A stretch of 37,960 bases of DNA from a virus (IMGVR_UViG_3300020045_008695:1-37960); one strand, 5' to 3'. Positions 26,743 through 35,567 are shown, numbered from the stretch's first letter. The notes: generated by a model from the sequence alone, not told the origin. Made by a program: numbers and translations.

Positions 26743-27386
26743 TTCCCGCCCTTTGTCTTGCTGTAAGGGCACCAACGACATTCCATGGAAGGCGACGGCT
26801 CCCACGCCCGTTCAGTGTACATTGGCGCAGAATAGCCCTCATATTTCTTCTTTAACAAGCTAATCTGGTCCCGTGTATAGGTTTTACGGTACACATCCCC
26901 AGTATCAAGAAACCACATTTCTGCAGTAATTGTATCAACATCAGGGTGCATGCAGAACCCTGCAAGCGCATAAAGCTCCACTTGTTCGGTGGAAGGCGCA
27001 CGGTACTTACCTGACTTGAAATCAATGACAGTAATAGTTCGAGCATCACGCCAGTACGCATCCATCTTTACCCGAAGCCAAGTAGCAGGGCTAAACCAAC
27101 TTTCGAGCTGATTCCAGTCTTTATCAAAGCCTAGTGCTTGTTCAGCTCGGAAGTTCTTTGTTTTAAGCTCGTCGAGTTGCTCTTTCCAAGCCTCAGTATC
27201 AGGCGAGAGCGTAGTAATCCAGCCATTGAGATAGGACTCAATAGTTTCGTGCATAGCTTGACCGCGCTCCATCGCGGGGGAGCTGCCTTGCGCTAGCTTT
27301 TCGATGAATTGGTACTTAAATTTGGCTTTACAAGCGCGAAATACATCAAGCTTACTGAAACCCCAAGGTTCATTATATGACGTCAT
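26730..27386 (-). CDS. PD-(D/E)XK Cas4-like exonuclease
   Basis: FSKLDVFRAC, RGQAMHE, KMD...IDFKSGK, QVELYA and CRWCPY...C (four Cys). Confidence 0.88.
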   Translation of the reverse strand: MTSYNEPWGFSKLDVFRACKAKFKYQFIEKLAQGSSPAMERGQAMHETIESYLNGWITTLSPDTEAWKEQLDELKTKNFRAEQALGFDKDWNQLESWFSPATWLRVKMDAYWRDARTITVIDFKSGKYRAPSTEQVELYALAGFCMHPDVDTITAEMWFLDTGDVYRKTYTRDQISLLKKKYEGYSAPMYTERAWEPSPSMECRWCPYSKTKGGKCKY

Positions 27387-27558
27387 TTACTTTTACTCCG
27401 TGTTTATCAATAAACTTGTTTAGATTAAACTCAAGCTCAGGAGCCCAAGAAGGCCAGTGCGTAGGGTCTAGCGTGTTGAGTGATCTATTTAGAAGCCGCA
27501 GCAGTTCTAGCACTTCTGCGGCATTGAGCTTAATGCCAATTAGTGGTTCTTCGTTCAT
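27373..27558 (-). CDS. Hypothetical protein
   Basis: ATGA-coupled to the polymerase stop. Confidence 0.65.
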   Translation of the reverse strand: MNEEPLIGIKLNAAEVLELLRLLNRSLNTLDPTHWPSWAPELEFNLNKFIDKHGVKVNDVI

Positions 27559-28892
27559 ATTGTAAGCCTTTGTGGTTGTGTGTGCATAACTTGAGTTGTT
27601 AGACCGGTGCCATGGTCATCCCCAGTCATCTCGGCAAAGTTATAACCGCGCTCACCATCACTAGTGATTTTATAGCGCAAAGTGTCTTGAAACGCGTTGT
27701 TCATAGCTTGCTCTAAGCGCAATGCTTCTCGATCCGCGTCTTCAATTGGACATTGAATGACTAGCTGGTCGTGCACTGTCAGTATCAGCTCCCCACTACC
27801 GTTAAGCTCATCATAGTCAATCATAGCTTGCTTAGTTTGATCCGCCGCAGAACCTTGAATCTTGTAATTAGTTAGTCGGTACTCAAATGACTGCATCCGC
27901 CCACCTATGAACGCAGGCTTTGGCGGATAGTAGTACCTTCCGCCGAGTGTCTCAGTTGCTATTTTGCACTTGGCGTCGCTGGTGAGCTTTCGCTGGAACT
28001 CTGCAATTTCAGGGAGAGCTGCGAGGTATCGCTTCTTAATGCCTGTAGCTTCTGCAACGCCAATGTTAAGACTTTCAGCAATTCGTCCCACTCCTGCGCC
28101 GTAAAGAACGGCGAATCCAAGAGTCTTTGCAACTTTTCGAGTAATTCCTGCAATTCCTGCAGCGATGAGGTGGATGTCTTTATTTGGGTCGACACGTAGT
28201 TCCTCCAAGAGTTTACCGTTAGAAAAATGCGCTAAGAGCTTCATTTCTTGCGCGGAATAGTCACGCCCAATCAAGATTTTACCAGGATCGGGTAGAATGT
28301 AACGCCGCATTGAAGGCAGCTCAAATCCAAAATCACGCTCCATTTCGAAGCCCATGGATTTTAGCTGCGCAAGTAGTCCCTCCCACTCAACTGGTATATT
28401 CTGTAAATTGGGGGAGCTGCTGATCCGGCCAGTTCTAGCGCCAGTATCCGTATAGTTACGAATCTGATTCCAGCGCATGAACAAACGACCATTTTGGTTG
28501 TACTGAACTAACCAAGGTTGGAAAAAAGTACGTAAGCAAGTAGCAAGAGAACCACGAATAAGTAGACAGGCAAGAAGCCTCGGATGACCAATTGCGCCAA
28601 TGAGCGACTCTTTTGACGTACTGCGTTTATTAGTTGGTGTACGCGCAAATCCAGTTTCATTAACAAGATTAGCGAGCTCAATAGCATCTGCCAAATCAGC
28701 GTTGCTATCAACATCGAAGCGCCTCCCGCAAATTTCTTGTATTTCTTCATCAAGTTCATCCATCTTGCTGAAGTAGAAGTCAGTATCTTTTTGTAGTTTT
28801 GGCCCATCAAGATTAATACCACGACGTTCCATGTCCATGACAATGGGCATGAGACGAAGCTCTCTGCGATATGCTTCAGGCTTATAGTTCAT
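27555..28892 (-). CDS. polA: DNA polymerase A, polymerase domain (split gene)
   Basis: TGRISSSPNLQNIP; motif A DYSAQEMKLLAH; motif B RKVAKTLGFAVLYG; motif C VHDQ; probable start at 28892 by ATGA overlap. Confidence 0.93.
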   Translation of the reverse strand: MNYKPEAYRRELRLMPIVMDMERRGINLDGPKLQKDTDFYFSKMDELDEEIQEICGRRFDVDSNADLADAIELANLVNETGFARTPTNKRSTSKESLIGAIGHPRLLACLLIRGSLATCLRTFFQPWLVQYNQNGRLFMRWNQIRNYTDTGARTGRISSSPNLQNIPVEWEGLLAQLKSMGFEMERDFGFELPSMRRYILPDPGKILIGRDYSAQEMKLLAHFSNGKLLEELRVDPNKDIHLIAAGIAGITRKVAKTLGFAVLYGAGVGRIAESLNIGVAEATGIKKRYLAALPEIAEFQRKLTSDAKCKIATETLGGRYYYPPKPAFIGGRMQSFEYRLTNYKIQGSAADQTKQAMIDYDELNGSGELILTVHDQLVIQCPIEDADREALRLEQAMNNAFQDTLRYKITSDGERGYNFAEMTGDDHGTGLTTQVMHTQPQRLTI

Positions 28893-29509
28893 TTGGCACC
28901 CCAAGCTTGTGCAACTTCAGCACTCATTTGTAGTTCAGGTTTCTGGTTAAAATGCCACAAATCATCACCCCGCCCACCATTTGTATAGTATTCGTAGAGC
29001 TTCAAAGTACGTTCTACGTCGCCAATGGCGTACTGCCCTACAAGATCTCCAGGTGCTTTACTGATATACGCGCCCCAGTTTTTGTCATTAGCACGAACAA
29101 TTCCATGCCGTATAAGCCATTCCTGAACAGCATCTCGTTCTGTGGGGGGCATGTTCAGAAGCCGCTCGCATAAGGGCTTCAAAGACAATTCGCCAAACGG
29201 ATTTGTCAAAAACGCCATGAGCATTGTGTCATGTACTCTATTCCAGGGGACTTTAATGTCCATTCGCTCTTCAATCACTGCACAATCAAATGGTGCATTA
29301 TGAAAAACAAACTCATTTGCATTGTCTTTTAGATACGTACTGAGTACCATTTGTACATTGCTAAAACTAGTATTATTGCCTATCGGGTGACCCCAAGCGT
29401 GATAGACTGGTGCCTTGCTGGGATCATAAATAGCAAGACCTACTGGTTTAGGTGGATAGTTCGGACGATTATCAATTGCTTCAGTTTCAAAGTCTAGTGC
29501 TATTAACAT
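28889..29509 (-). CDS. DNA polymerase A 3'-5' exonuclease domain (stand-alone)
   Basis: ExoI LDFET, ExoII FHNAPFD, HDTM, ExoIII YAIGD; start reassigned to ATG 29509. Confidence 0.9.
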   Translation of the reverse strand: MLIALDFETEAIDNRPNYPPKPVGLAIYDPSKAPVYHAWGHPIGNNTSFSNVQMVLSTYLKDNANEFVFHNAPFDCAVIEERMDIKVPWNRVHDTMLMAFLTNPFGELSLKPLCERLLNMPPTERDAVQEWLIRHGIVRANDKNWGAYISKAPGDLVGQYAIGDVERTLKLYEYYTNGGRGDDLWHFNQKPELQMSAEVAQAWGAK

Positions 29510-29521
29510 TGATTTTCCAAT

Positions 29522-29842
29522 AAAAAGAGCCTTACGAACAATTTGGGGACTCAGACGCAGTGTCATTTGCTGACTCATGTTCGTAGGGCTTAAACTACCG
29601 GTGTGGCCACTGCGAAGTGCACCGGTAGCGTTGGGACTATGTGGGCAGTTTTACTTCATGCCCAGGAAGTCACACATTGCAGGGAGTACAAATGTTCACT
29701 ACTTTACCGTCAGGTCTGCTAGTGGCCTTTTAACTCCACGTTTCGTACTGCACAGGACTTATTTATCTCACTCGACGCGCCTGCAGACTATCCATTTACC
29801 TGTCAATTTCGCTAGCATCCATACTATGCAGGGTGTGTGAGT
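29522..29842. ncRNA. Candidate structured RNA / leader
   Basis: ~320 nt without a credible ORF, packed with stems (ctaccggtg/caccggtag, tgggca/tgccca, agccttacgaac/gttcgtagggct, ctcac..cctgca/tgcagg..gtgag). Confidence 0.45.
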
Positions 29843-30034
29843 CTACTTCTTGGAGATCAGGACCAGTTGACAGTTATTCCCCACATTATTACAAATACAC
29901 ATATAGTACATACCAGGCGGTGCTTGTGGTGGTTTACCACAACCGCCTACCATGCCTTGCGCATTTGCTTGACTAAACCAGATAACGAGGAATAACGCAA
30001 TGCATACTACAAATAAGAACCGGGTAGCAAGCAT
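29843..30034 (-). CDS. Small secreted Cys/Pro-rich protein (63 aa)
   Basis: Signal peptide ending ANA|Q; mature part GCGKPPQAPPGMYYMCICNNVGNNCQLV with four Cys; GGAGGA SD. Confidence 0.7.
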   Translation of the reverse strand: MLATRFLFVVCIALFLVIWFSQANAQGMVGGCGKPPQAPPGMYYMCICNNVGNNCQLVLISKK

Positions 30035-30035
30035 A

Positions 30036-30728
30036 TCAGTCCTCCAGCTGCGGGTAAGGCTGCATTGCCAACTGATAGGCCTCATCTTGCTTAGCCATCA
30101 GGAGCAACAGATCCAGGTCAGGAGTGTGCTCCTTGATGTTCAGATGAACCTTGAAGAAGCTCTTCTTGTCTTCGACCACAGAGAGCTCAGTAATAAACTC
30201 ACCTGTGAGCTTTCCAGAAGCCTGACAGCGCCCCACCAAAGTATTGACACTATTCAGTGATGTAACAGGAATCTTTGCCGTATACATCGGCGCTGTCTTC
30301 AGCGCAACGCCTGCAGGTACCATGATAACTCGAGCACCTTCACGACAAGCTTTACCTTTACCAGGCGTTGTCGAACCAGGACGCGGCGGCGCTGATCCCC
30401 ACTTATTCTTAGGACACTCTGCACAAGTATCAGCTTGCGGATTCATGGCTTCGGGATGCGGGACGGTGTCATCCAAAGCATAGCACGCAGGAACTTGTGC
30501 ATTATCAGGATCATAAGGGCCGTCGTACCAGGTACGTTCACCGACAGCAGCAAGAATCCGTACATCTGCCTTGTTATTCGGCACCGGCACTCCATCAACT
30601 TTCAAGTTTGCATTCTTGAAAGTAACATAGCTACCGCTAGTGCGCATACCTGCAGCAGCTGCTTGCTGCCGCTCGAGCATCTCTTGGCGACGCTTTTCGA
30701 TTGCGTCCATCGATTCAATATTACTCAT
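30036..30728 (-). CDS. Putative ssDNA-binding / recombination protein
   Basis: PACYA...PQADTCAECPKNKWGS...GKGKAC pattern in the replication module; function inferred from context. Confidence 0.6.
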   Translation of the reverse strand: MSNIESMDAIEKRRQEMLERQQAAAAGMRTSGSYVTFKNANLKVDGVPVPNNKADVRILAAVGERTWYDGPYDPDNAQVPACYALDDTVPHPEAMNPQADTCAECPKNKWGSAPPRPGSTTPGKGKACREGARVIMVPAGVALKTAPMYTAKIPVTSLNSVNTLVGRCQASGKLTGEFITELSVVEDKKSFFKVHLNIKEHTPDLDLLLLMAKQDEAYQLAMQPYPQLED

Positions 30729-30729
30729 T

Positions 30730-31110
30730 TTAGTTCCTAGAGCTTTTAGTCAATGAAATGTCGATATCTTCGACGGCTGCTGTTCCCGGGACTATCTCCG
30801 TGTTCTCATGTGTTTCGCGCCATGCAAGAACTGAGATACGCTTTTGTACAAGATCAAAGCGGTCATTTTCTGCAATGTATCTAAATAACTCATCCCAGTC
30901 TGTAACAATCGGGATAATGGCCCGCTTGATCCCGGCTGTAGCAAAACTACCACTAGCTTTTTGCAGCCCGGTTTGTTCAAGTAAATCTAGAATTTCACCA
31001 CGCAATGTAAACTCTTCCTCTTGCATAGTCTTGACTTTACGTTCAAGATCAAGACGAGCTTCGCGCAATGCATATAGTGCATCAATCTTAGGGCCTAATT
31101 CGTTGCTCAT
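30730..31110 (-). CDS. Conserved replication-module protein (coiled coil plus VTDWDELFRYI...QKRIS)
   Basis: GGAG SD; motif commonly found upstream of the SSB-like gene. Confidence 0.75.
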   Translation of the reverse strand: MSNELGPKIDALYALREARLDLERKVKTMQEEEFTLRGEILDLLEQTGLQKASGSFATAGIKRAIIPIVTDWDELFRYIAENDRFDLVQKRISVLAWRETHENTEIVPGTAAVEDIDISLTKSSRN

Positions 31111-31323
31111 TTAAATCTCCACGATCTTCAAACCAAACACTTGCGGGTAGTATGAATATATATCTCCAGTTTCAGCATCTTTGACGTTCACGCGCCCCGT
31201 ATTACCTGCATGTCGAGGTGAATCAAAGCTGTAAAACTCATAAATTTCATCTTTGAAACTAAGAATCCGCATACCTGGTTTTACTTGTTTCCCACTGTTT
31301 TCTTCTACTACAATATATGCCAT
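31111..31323 (-). CDS. Hypothetical protein
   Basis: ATG 31323 with AAGGA SD; GRVNVK...YYPQVFGLKI. Confidence 0.7.
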   Translation of the reverse strand: MAYIVVEENSGKQVKPGMRILSFKDEIYEFYSFDSPRHAGNTGRVNVKDAETGDIYSYYPQVFGLKIVEI

Positions 31324-31365
31324 TTTAGTTCCTTGAATATTAAACAATGTACTTTGCTCTAAGTG

Positions 31366-31388
31366 TTACTATTACATATTAGCTCCTT
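31366..31388 (-). promoter_or_regulatory. Start-stop element: AAGGAG-5 nt-ATG TAA TAG TAA
   Basis: Read directly; lies ~15-35 nt into the predicted transcript of the 31408 promoter. Confidence 0.55.
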
Positions 31389-31407
31389 ATTTAGTAGTTA
31401 CAATTAC

Positions 31408-31456
31408 ATTATAACGTGGTAGTTCGTTTTAGGGAACTCTTGTCACATTTGTTACG
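31408..31456 (-). promoter_or_regulatory. TGTAAC-box promoter
   Basis: GTAACAAATGTGACA-agag-TTCCCT-17 nt-TATAAT. Confidence 0.85.
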
Positions 31457-31664
31457 CTTTGGGCAGGACGTCAAAGTGCTTATATAATGCAAATTTAGAT
31501 ACTGTGAATCTTACGCTAGGTTGCTTAGTATGCTTTAATGTCACAGACCACTTATGTATTTCTGCAATTTTAAATCCTACATCGGGTGTCGCACCCCGCA
31601 AAATAACAATTTGCCACTGTACTGGTTTCTTTGCAAAGAACCATCTAATCAATGGGATAATCAT
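31452..31664 (-). CDS. Hypothetical protein
   Basis: AGGAG SD, ATGA coupling. Confidence 0.65.
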   Translation of the reverse strand: MIIPLIRWFFAKKPVQWQIVILRGATPDVGFKIAEIHKWSVTLKHTKQPSVRFTVSKFALYKHFDVLPKA

Positions 31665-31891
31665 TTCTTAAGCTCCTGGACACAAACAAGTACAATATGT
31701 GCAGATACACTAGACTCTACAGTTGTAGTTTTACCGTTTATCTCTATATTTACTGTGGGGCCGTAATGTGAGATTTTAGATTTATCTACAGCTGCTTGGC
31801 ATGTTGCTTGCGAAGTCATCACCCATTTTCTAGAAACATCGGTTTTAGTTGGCGATGTAGTTGCAATTATTAGGTATAATATCCAATTCAT
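31661..31891 (-). CDS. Hypothetical protein with a hydrophobic N-terminus
   Basis: AGGAG SD; MNWILYLII...SQATCQAA...VLVCV. Confidence 0.7.
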   Translation of the reverse strand: MNWILYLIIATTSPTKTDVSRKWVMTSQATCQAAVDKSKISHYGPTVNIEINGKTTTVESSVSAHIVLVCVQELKK

Positions 31892-32379
31892 TTCAGCTCC
31901 TGTGCGCCAATGCCGGCTAGAAGTACGCGGGCTACAGCGCAGCGGTTCGCCGCGTAGCCGTGCATTTCTAGTCAGTCGCGCATGTATTCATCGCGCCCCG
32001 CCTGCTCGGCTATCGTGTTAAGCGCTGCAACTGTGTCGCGCAACGCCGCCACCGTAGCGTCACGCGCGGCCTTCAGCGCTTTGATGCGTTTGCGCTGTTC
32101 CAGCATTTCGGCGTCCAACCGCTCCCATTCTTCGCGGGACCATTCGCTGCCGTCGGCGTCGTAGCTGATGCCTTCGCAGAGGTTGTGCAAGCGGTCGGAA
32201 GCAGAGCCTGACTTTCGGCGCAGATCAAGCTCTGCAGTGACGCGCGCAAGCTCTGACTGTAGTGCTTCGATGGTGCCGGCTGCTTCTTCAAGGTAGTGAT
32301 TCGAGGCGCCACCGCCCCACTGGCCGGCGGCGTACTGCTTCCCCATGTAACGCAGCTTCTTGACTAGCTCGCTTGTCAT
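31888..32379 (-). pseudogene. Coiled-coil hypothetical gene interrupted by an in-frame TGA at 31972-31974
   Basis: ATG 32379 (GGAGG SD); the frame stays open 27 codons past the TGA and ends in an ATGA overlap with the next gene. Confidence 0.6.
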
Positions 32380-32480
32380 TGGATGCCTCCCCAATTGCAG
32401 ACGATGTATATGTATGCGGCGACGCCAATGGCTGCGATGACGCCCACGCCGACCAGCAGCCCAAACAAGAAGTCGGTCAT
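32376..32480 (-). CDS. 34-aa single-pass membrane peptide
   Basis: AGGAG SD; MTDFLFGLLVGVGVIAAIGVAAYIYIVCNWGGIQ; ATGA-coupled to the next gene. Confidence 0.7.
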   Translation of the reverse strand: MTDFLFGLLVGVGVIAAIGVAAYIYIVCNWGGIQ

Positions 32481-32520
32481 GACTTCTCCTGTGCTGCGGC
32501 ACTATGCGGCCTATTTGTGT

Positions 32521-33411
32521 TCATACAAGTTCTCCAGTTGTTTCAGTTACACGGAAACTTTGGAATGTTGCAAAACGGGGACGATCCATGACATTATAAT
32601 CAAACCACTTATAGTTAACTACTTTACCAAGGAGCTCTTTTTGATTGCTCCAGTAGTAGCGGCGCTCATCATGCGTCATACGTCCTGGAGATACATCAAG
32701 CAATTGCTTAGTCTTTAGATCACGAACATGCAGTGTCCCCGCCATTCCTGAGGGCACTAGGCCCTCTGCGCGTAGTGACCGTGTACCATGACCTAGAGCA
32801 TCACGCGTGAGCTCATTAGTATTAGTTACACCTTGGCTAATACCTTCGACAGTTCCCTCGCTATCTGAGAACCGCTTGAACTTAATTAGATGTCTTTCGC
32901 TCAATGTACTGCGCCCGTACTTATAAAGACCGTCTGGATCACGAATCATAATCCCTTCGTAACCTTGCGTTAGATACATTGATTCTAGCTCTAGGAATTT
33001 AGTTATATCTTTACAATAAAGCTGGGGGACTAGCTGTAGTCGCGGGTGCTTCACAGTATCTACATGATTGATCCGCGCTGTAAATGGCGCTTTTGGATCA
33101 AGCGCATAATCAAACGCATGGAACTTAAATTCAGGCTGCCCAGCAACGGACATAATGCCAGCTTGCGTTCGATTAAGCACTAAGCCTTGCGTAGGTGAAC
33201 CAACGATCAGCTCCCCATCAAGACCTTCTAAGCGCGGAGCTCGTAGTTCTAACTGAACATGCTGATTTCTAATAGGCTTAAGATTACGCGAAACAGCTAC
33301 CCCGTTTCTGATAATACAACGTATACCATCAAGCTTTGGTGATACAATCACTGGAAATCGCAATTGCTCTACACGCTCGAGCGTTGCTGAGAGCATTGGT
33401 TTGAAGCTCAT
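32521..33411 (-). CDS. ATP-dependent DNA ligase
   Basis: KLDGIR, LDGEL, FHAFD, YEGIMIR and IKFK motifs. Confidence 0.95.
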   Translation of the reverse strand: MSFKPMLSATLERVEQLRFPVIVSPKLDGIRCIIRNGVAVSRNLKPIRNQHVQLELRAPRLEGLDGELIVGSPTQGLVLNRTQAGIMSVAGQPEFKFHAFDYALDPKAPFTARINHVDTVKHPRLQLVPQLYCKDITKFLELESMYLTQGYEGIMIRDPDGLYKYGRSTLSERHLIKFKRFSDSEGTVEGISQGVTNTNELTRDALGHGTRSLRAEGLVPSGMAGTLHVRDLKTKQLLDVSPGRMTHDERRYYWSNQKELLGKVVNYKWFDYNVMDRPRFATFQSFRVTETTGELV

Positions 33412-35429
33412 ATTGCTTCCTTTTTAACAACAACGTAACCATTAATCATCATTTGTGAATTGTTTATTCCGCGCATATACGCAGCTTTCACATGCTCGTT
33501 ACCACCAGTAAGTTGCGGAAGACGCTTGCGTACGCCTACGATTTTATATGGAAAAGTGGGGGAGTTAGCCAACGCAGATAGGCGTCTTGACCACATGTTT
33601 ACGCTTGCAATATCACCGAACTGGGCACCTGAGCGAGCTGCAATGTAATTAGCTGTAATATATTGTTCGCCTGTTTTTTCAAGCACCATTAGCTCGCCTG
33701 CTTCGATTAGATCAAGAATGAAGTCAGTACCTGCATCAGCTTTAGTGAACTGCAAGTTCATAAGCTCTTGAACAGACGCAATATGCTCTGAACCTTCAGA
33801 CTTCATAGACTCAGGCATGGTGGACGTATCTACTTGTTCTTCCCACCAATTACTTGCCATAATCTCAGCTTGCTTTGCTGCTACTTCAGCCAAGATTTGC
33901 ATCTTAGTTTCATAAGGCAGAGGCTTTATCTTATTTACTTTTAAGTAGCAATAGCGCCGTGAACCTGTAGCATCAGATAGTTGATCGTAGCGGTTCGTAG
34001 TACCTACAAAGATATAACCCCGTGGCTCAATGGTGGGGGACTTGCTGTAAGGTATGCGGTACTCGTCCTCAGTTTGAGTGAGAACCTGTTTAACCGTATC
34101 CATTGTCTGCTTGCGGGTTTCGAACACCACGCCTTCAGCAAGATCCACAACAGTAGACCGTGCGAGCATCATACCTTGTGTTCTGTTTGCATCCCCAGCA
34201 GATGATGCTAGCTGTGTACAAGCATAGTAGAATCGTTCGCCCATGAAATCTGAAAGAGTTTCAAAAAATGTAGACTTACCGCAGCCTTGCGGCCCCGCAA
34301 GTATACATACTTTGTCTGCTTTAACACCAGGTTCCAAAATCCGAAGTCCTAGGCCAGTCATTAGTATGCGGCCCCATTCAGACGTCCATTCGGGCCACTC
34401 TGCGGTGAAGTGATCGTGTGCCCACGTGTTTAGGCGCTCTACACCGTCCCAATGTATCTGCCTCAAAGTTTCTTGTACAAGATCTCGTTTCCGGGTGAGC
34501 ATCACCATACCTGCAGCTGCTTTGATAGCACCTGTCTTATAATACGGGGAGATCTGCCCTTGCATATAGCGGATACATTCCGCATCGAAGTGATCTACTT
34601 GGATCCTACTACCACGAAAGATAGGGCCAAGACGCTTATCATAATATACTGTGTCTTCGAAGTAATGCGCTAGCAGCTTCTCAGCATTGAACTCATTGAG
34701 AATCAGTTTCCCCTCATTCAATGAGCAACCAAGTACTGCGTATAGCTGTTTCCGAGACTCTGCTAATGCATCAAACGCTAGTGCATTAAGATCAGAAAAC
34801 TGCGGATTCTCAACGGCTTCAAGCCAATCATCTACACCCTTACCTTCAGGTGGGTACATGACTTGTAGATCGCAGCCAAATTGGCGAAGATGCTCGCGCA
34901 ATGTGGTAGCAGCCATTTGAATGGATGCTTTAGCAAGTATATCACCATCAAAGATAGCTACAACTTGTTTTCCAGGGCGCAGTGTTTCTACAAAGTGCTT
35001 GATAAGCCGTGTGGTACCAATCTCAGTGGGCTCCATGAAGTTCCATGCGCCACCAATACCAATTACAGCTGTCTTGGGCCATTGCTTTAGAAAACGAGCT
35101 GCTTTCTTCTCGCCTTCAATGACATATATGGTGTCCGCTGCTCGTAGCTCTTCGAGCGTCTGATGGGGTGACCACCAGATATCACGTCGCCCCCGTGGCT
35201 GGGTATACTTATCTGTCTTGCGATTGAACCGTTGACGATACATTAGCTCATCGTGATATGGTATCACATACGAACCAGTTAATCCAGACTTCAAATGGTC
35301 AACAGGGTAGGCACCTATATCTTGTGGGGTGAGACCTGATCGAGCCAAGTCTGCGAACATAAACTCAATGGAAATAGGATCATCAACTCGTGCAGGACGG
35401 ACGAGTGTCAATTGTGGCTTTACGCTCAA
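33408..35429 (-). CDS. Primase-helicase: Toprim (DUF3854-like) plus VirE/VapE-type P-loop ATPase
   Basis: IEGEKKA, FDGD, KGVDDW; WDGVERL, GPQGCGKST, YRIPY, GTTN, TGSRR; TTG start with GGAG SD. Confidence 0.88.
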   Translation of the reverse strand: MSVKPQLTLVRPARVDDPISIEFMFADLARSGLTPQDIGAYPVDHLKSGLTGSYVIPYHDELMYRQRFNRKTDKYTQPRGRRDIWWSPHQTLEELRAADTIYVIEGEKKAARFLKQWPKTAVIGIGGAWNFMEPTEIGTTRLIKHFVETLRPGKQVVAIFDGDILAKASIQMAATTLREHLRQFGCDLQVMYPPEGKGVDDWLEAVENPQFSDLNALAFDALAESRKQLYAVLGCSLNEGKLILNEFNAEKLLAHYFEDTVYYDKRLGPIFRGSRIQVDHFDAECIRYMQGQISPYYKTGAIKAAAGMVMLTRKRDLVQETLRQIHWDGVERLNTWAHDHFTAEWPEWTSEWGRILMTGLGLRILEPGVKADKVCILAGPQGCGKSTFFETLSDFMGERFYYACTQLASSAGDANRTQGMMLARSTVVDLAEGVVFETRKQTMDTVKQVLTQTEDEYRIPYSKSPTIEPRGYIFVGTTNRYDQLSDATGSRRYCYLKVNKIKPLPYETKMQILAEVAAKQAEIMASNWWEEQVDTSTMPESMKSEGSEHIASVQELMNLQFTKADAGTDFILDLIEAGELMVLEKTGEQYITANYIAARSGAQFGDIASVNMWSRRLSALANSPTFPYKIVGVRKRLPQLTGGNEHVKAAYMRGINNSQMMINGYVVVKKEAI

Positions 35430-35469
35430 AGCTAGCTCCGTGGTTATTATTCGTCCCCGTTAAAGCAGC

Positions 35470-35496
35470 GGGGTAGCGTTGGTCAGACGCTACCCC
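35470..35496. other. GC-rich hairpin in the primase leader
   Basis: 10-bp perfect stem GGGGTAGCGT/ACGCTACCCC, 7-nt loop. Confidence 0.65.
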
Positions 35497-35567
35497 TACA
35501 GATGCTGCCGGCACAACCACGCGCCACGGAGAGACCGCCAATCGCATTGCACGACAGGCGAACGTAT

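Noticed and set aside
26730-27386. Cas4 as evidence of a CRISPR system
   Set aside because: Stand-alone Cas4-like nucleases are routine in phage replication modules; no array or other cas genes are present.
32380-32502. N-terminal extension of the 176-aa ORF (MPQHRRSH...)
   Set aside because: This stretch is better explained by the 34-aa TM peptide in another frame; the SD supports ATG 32379.
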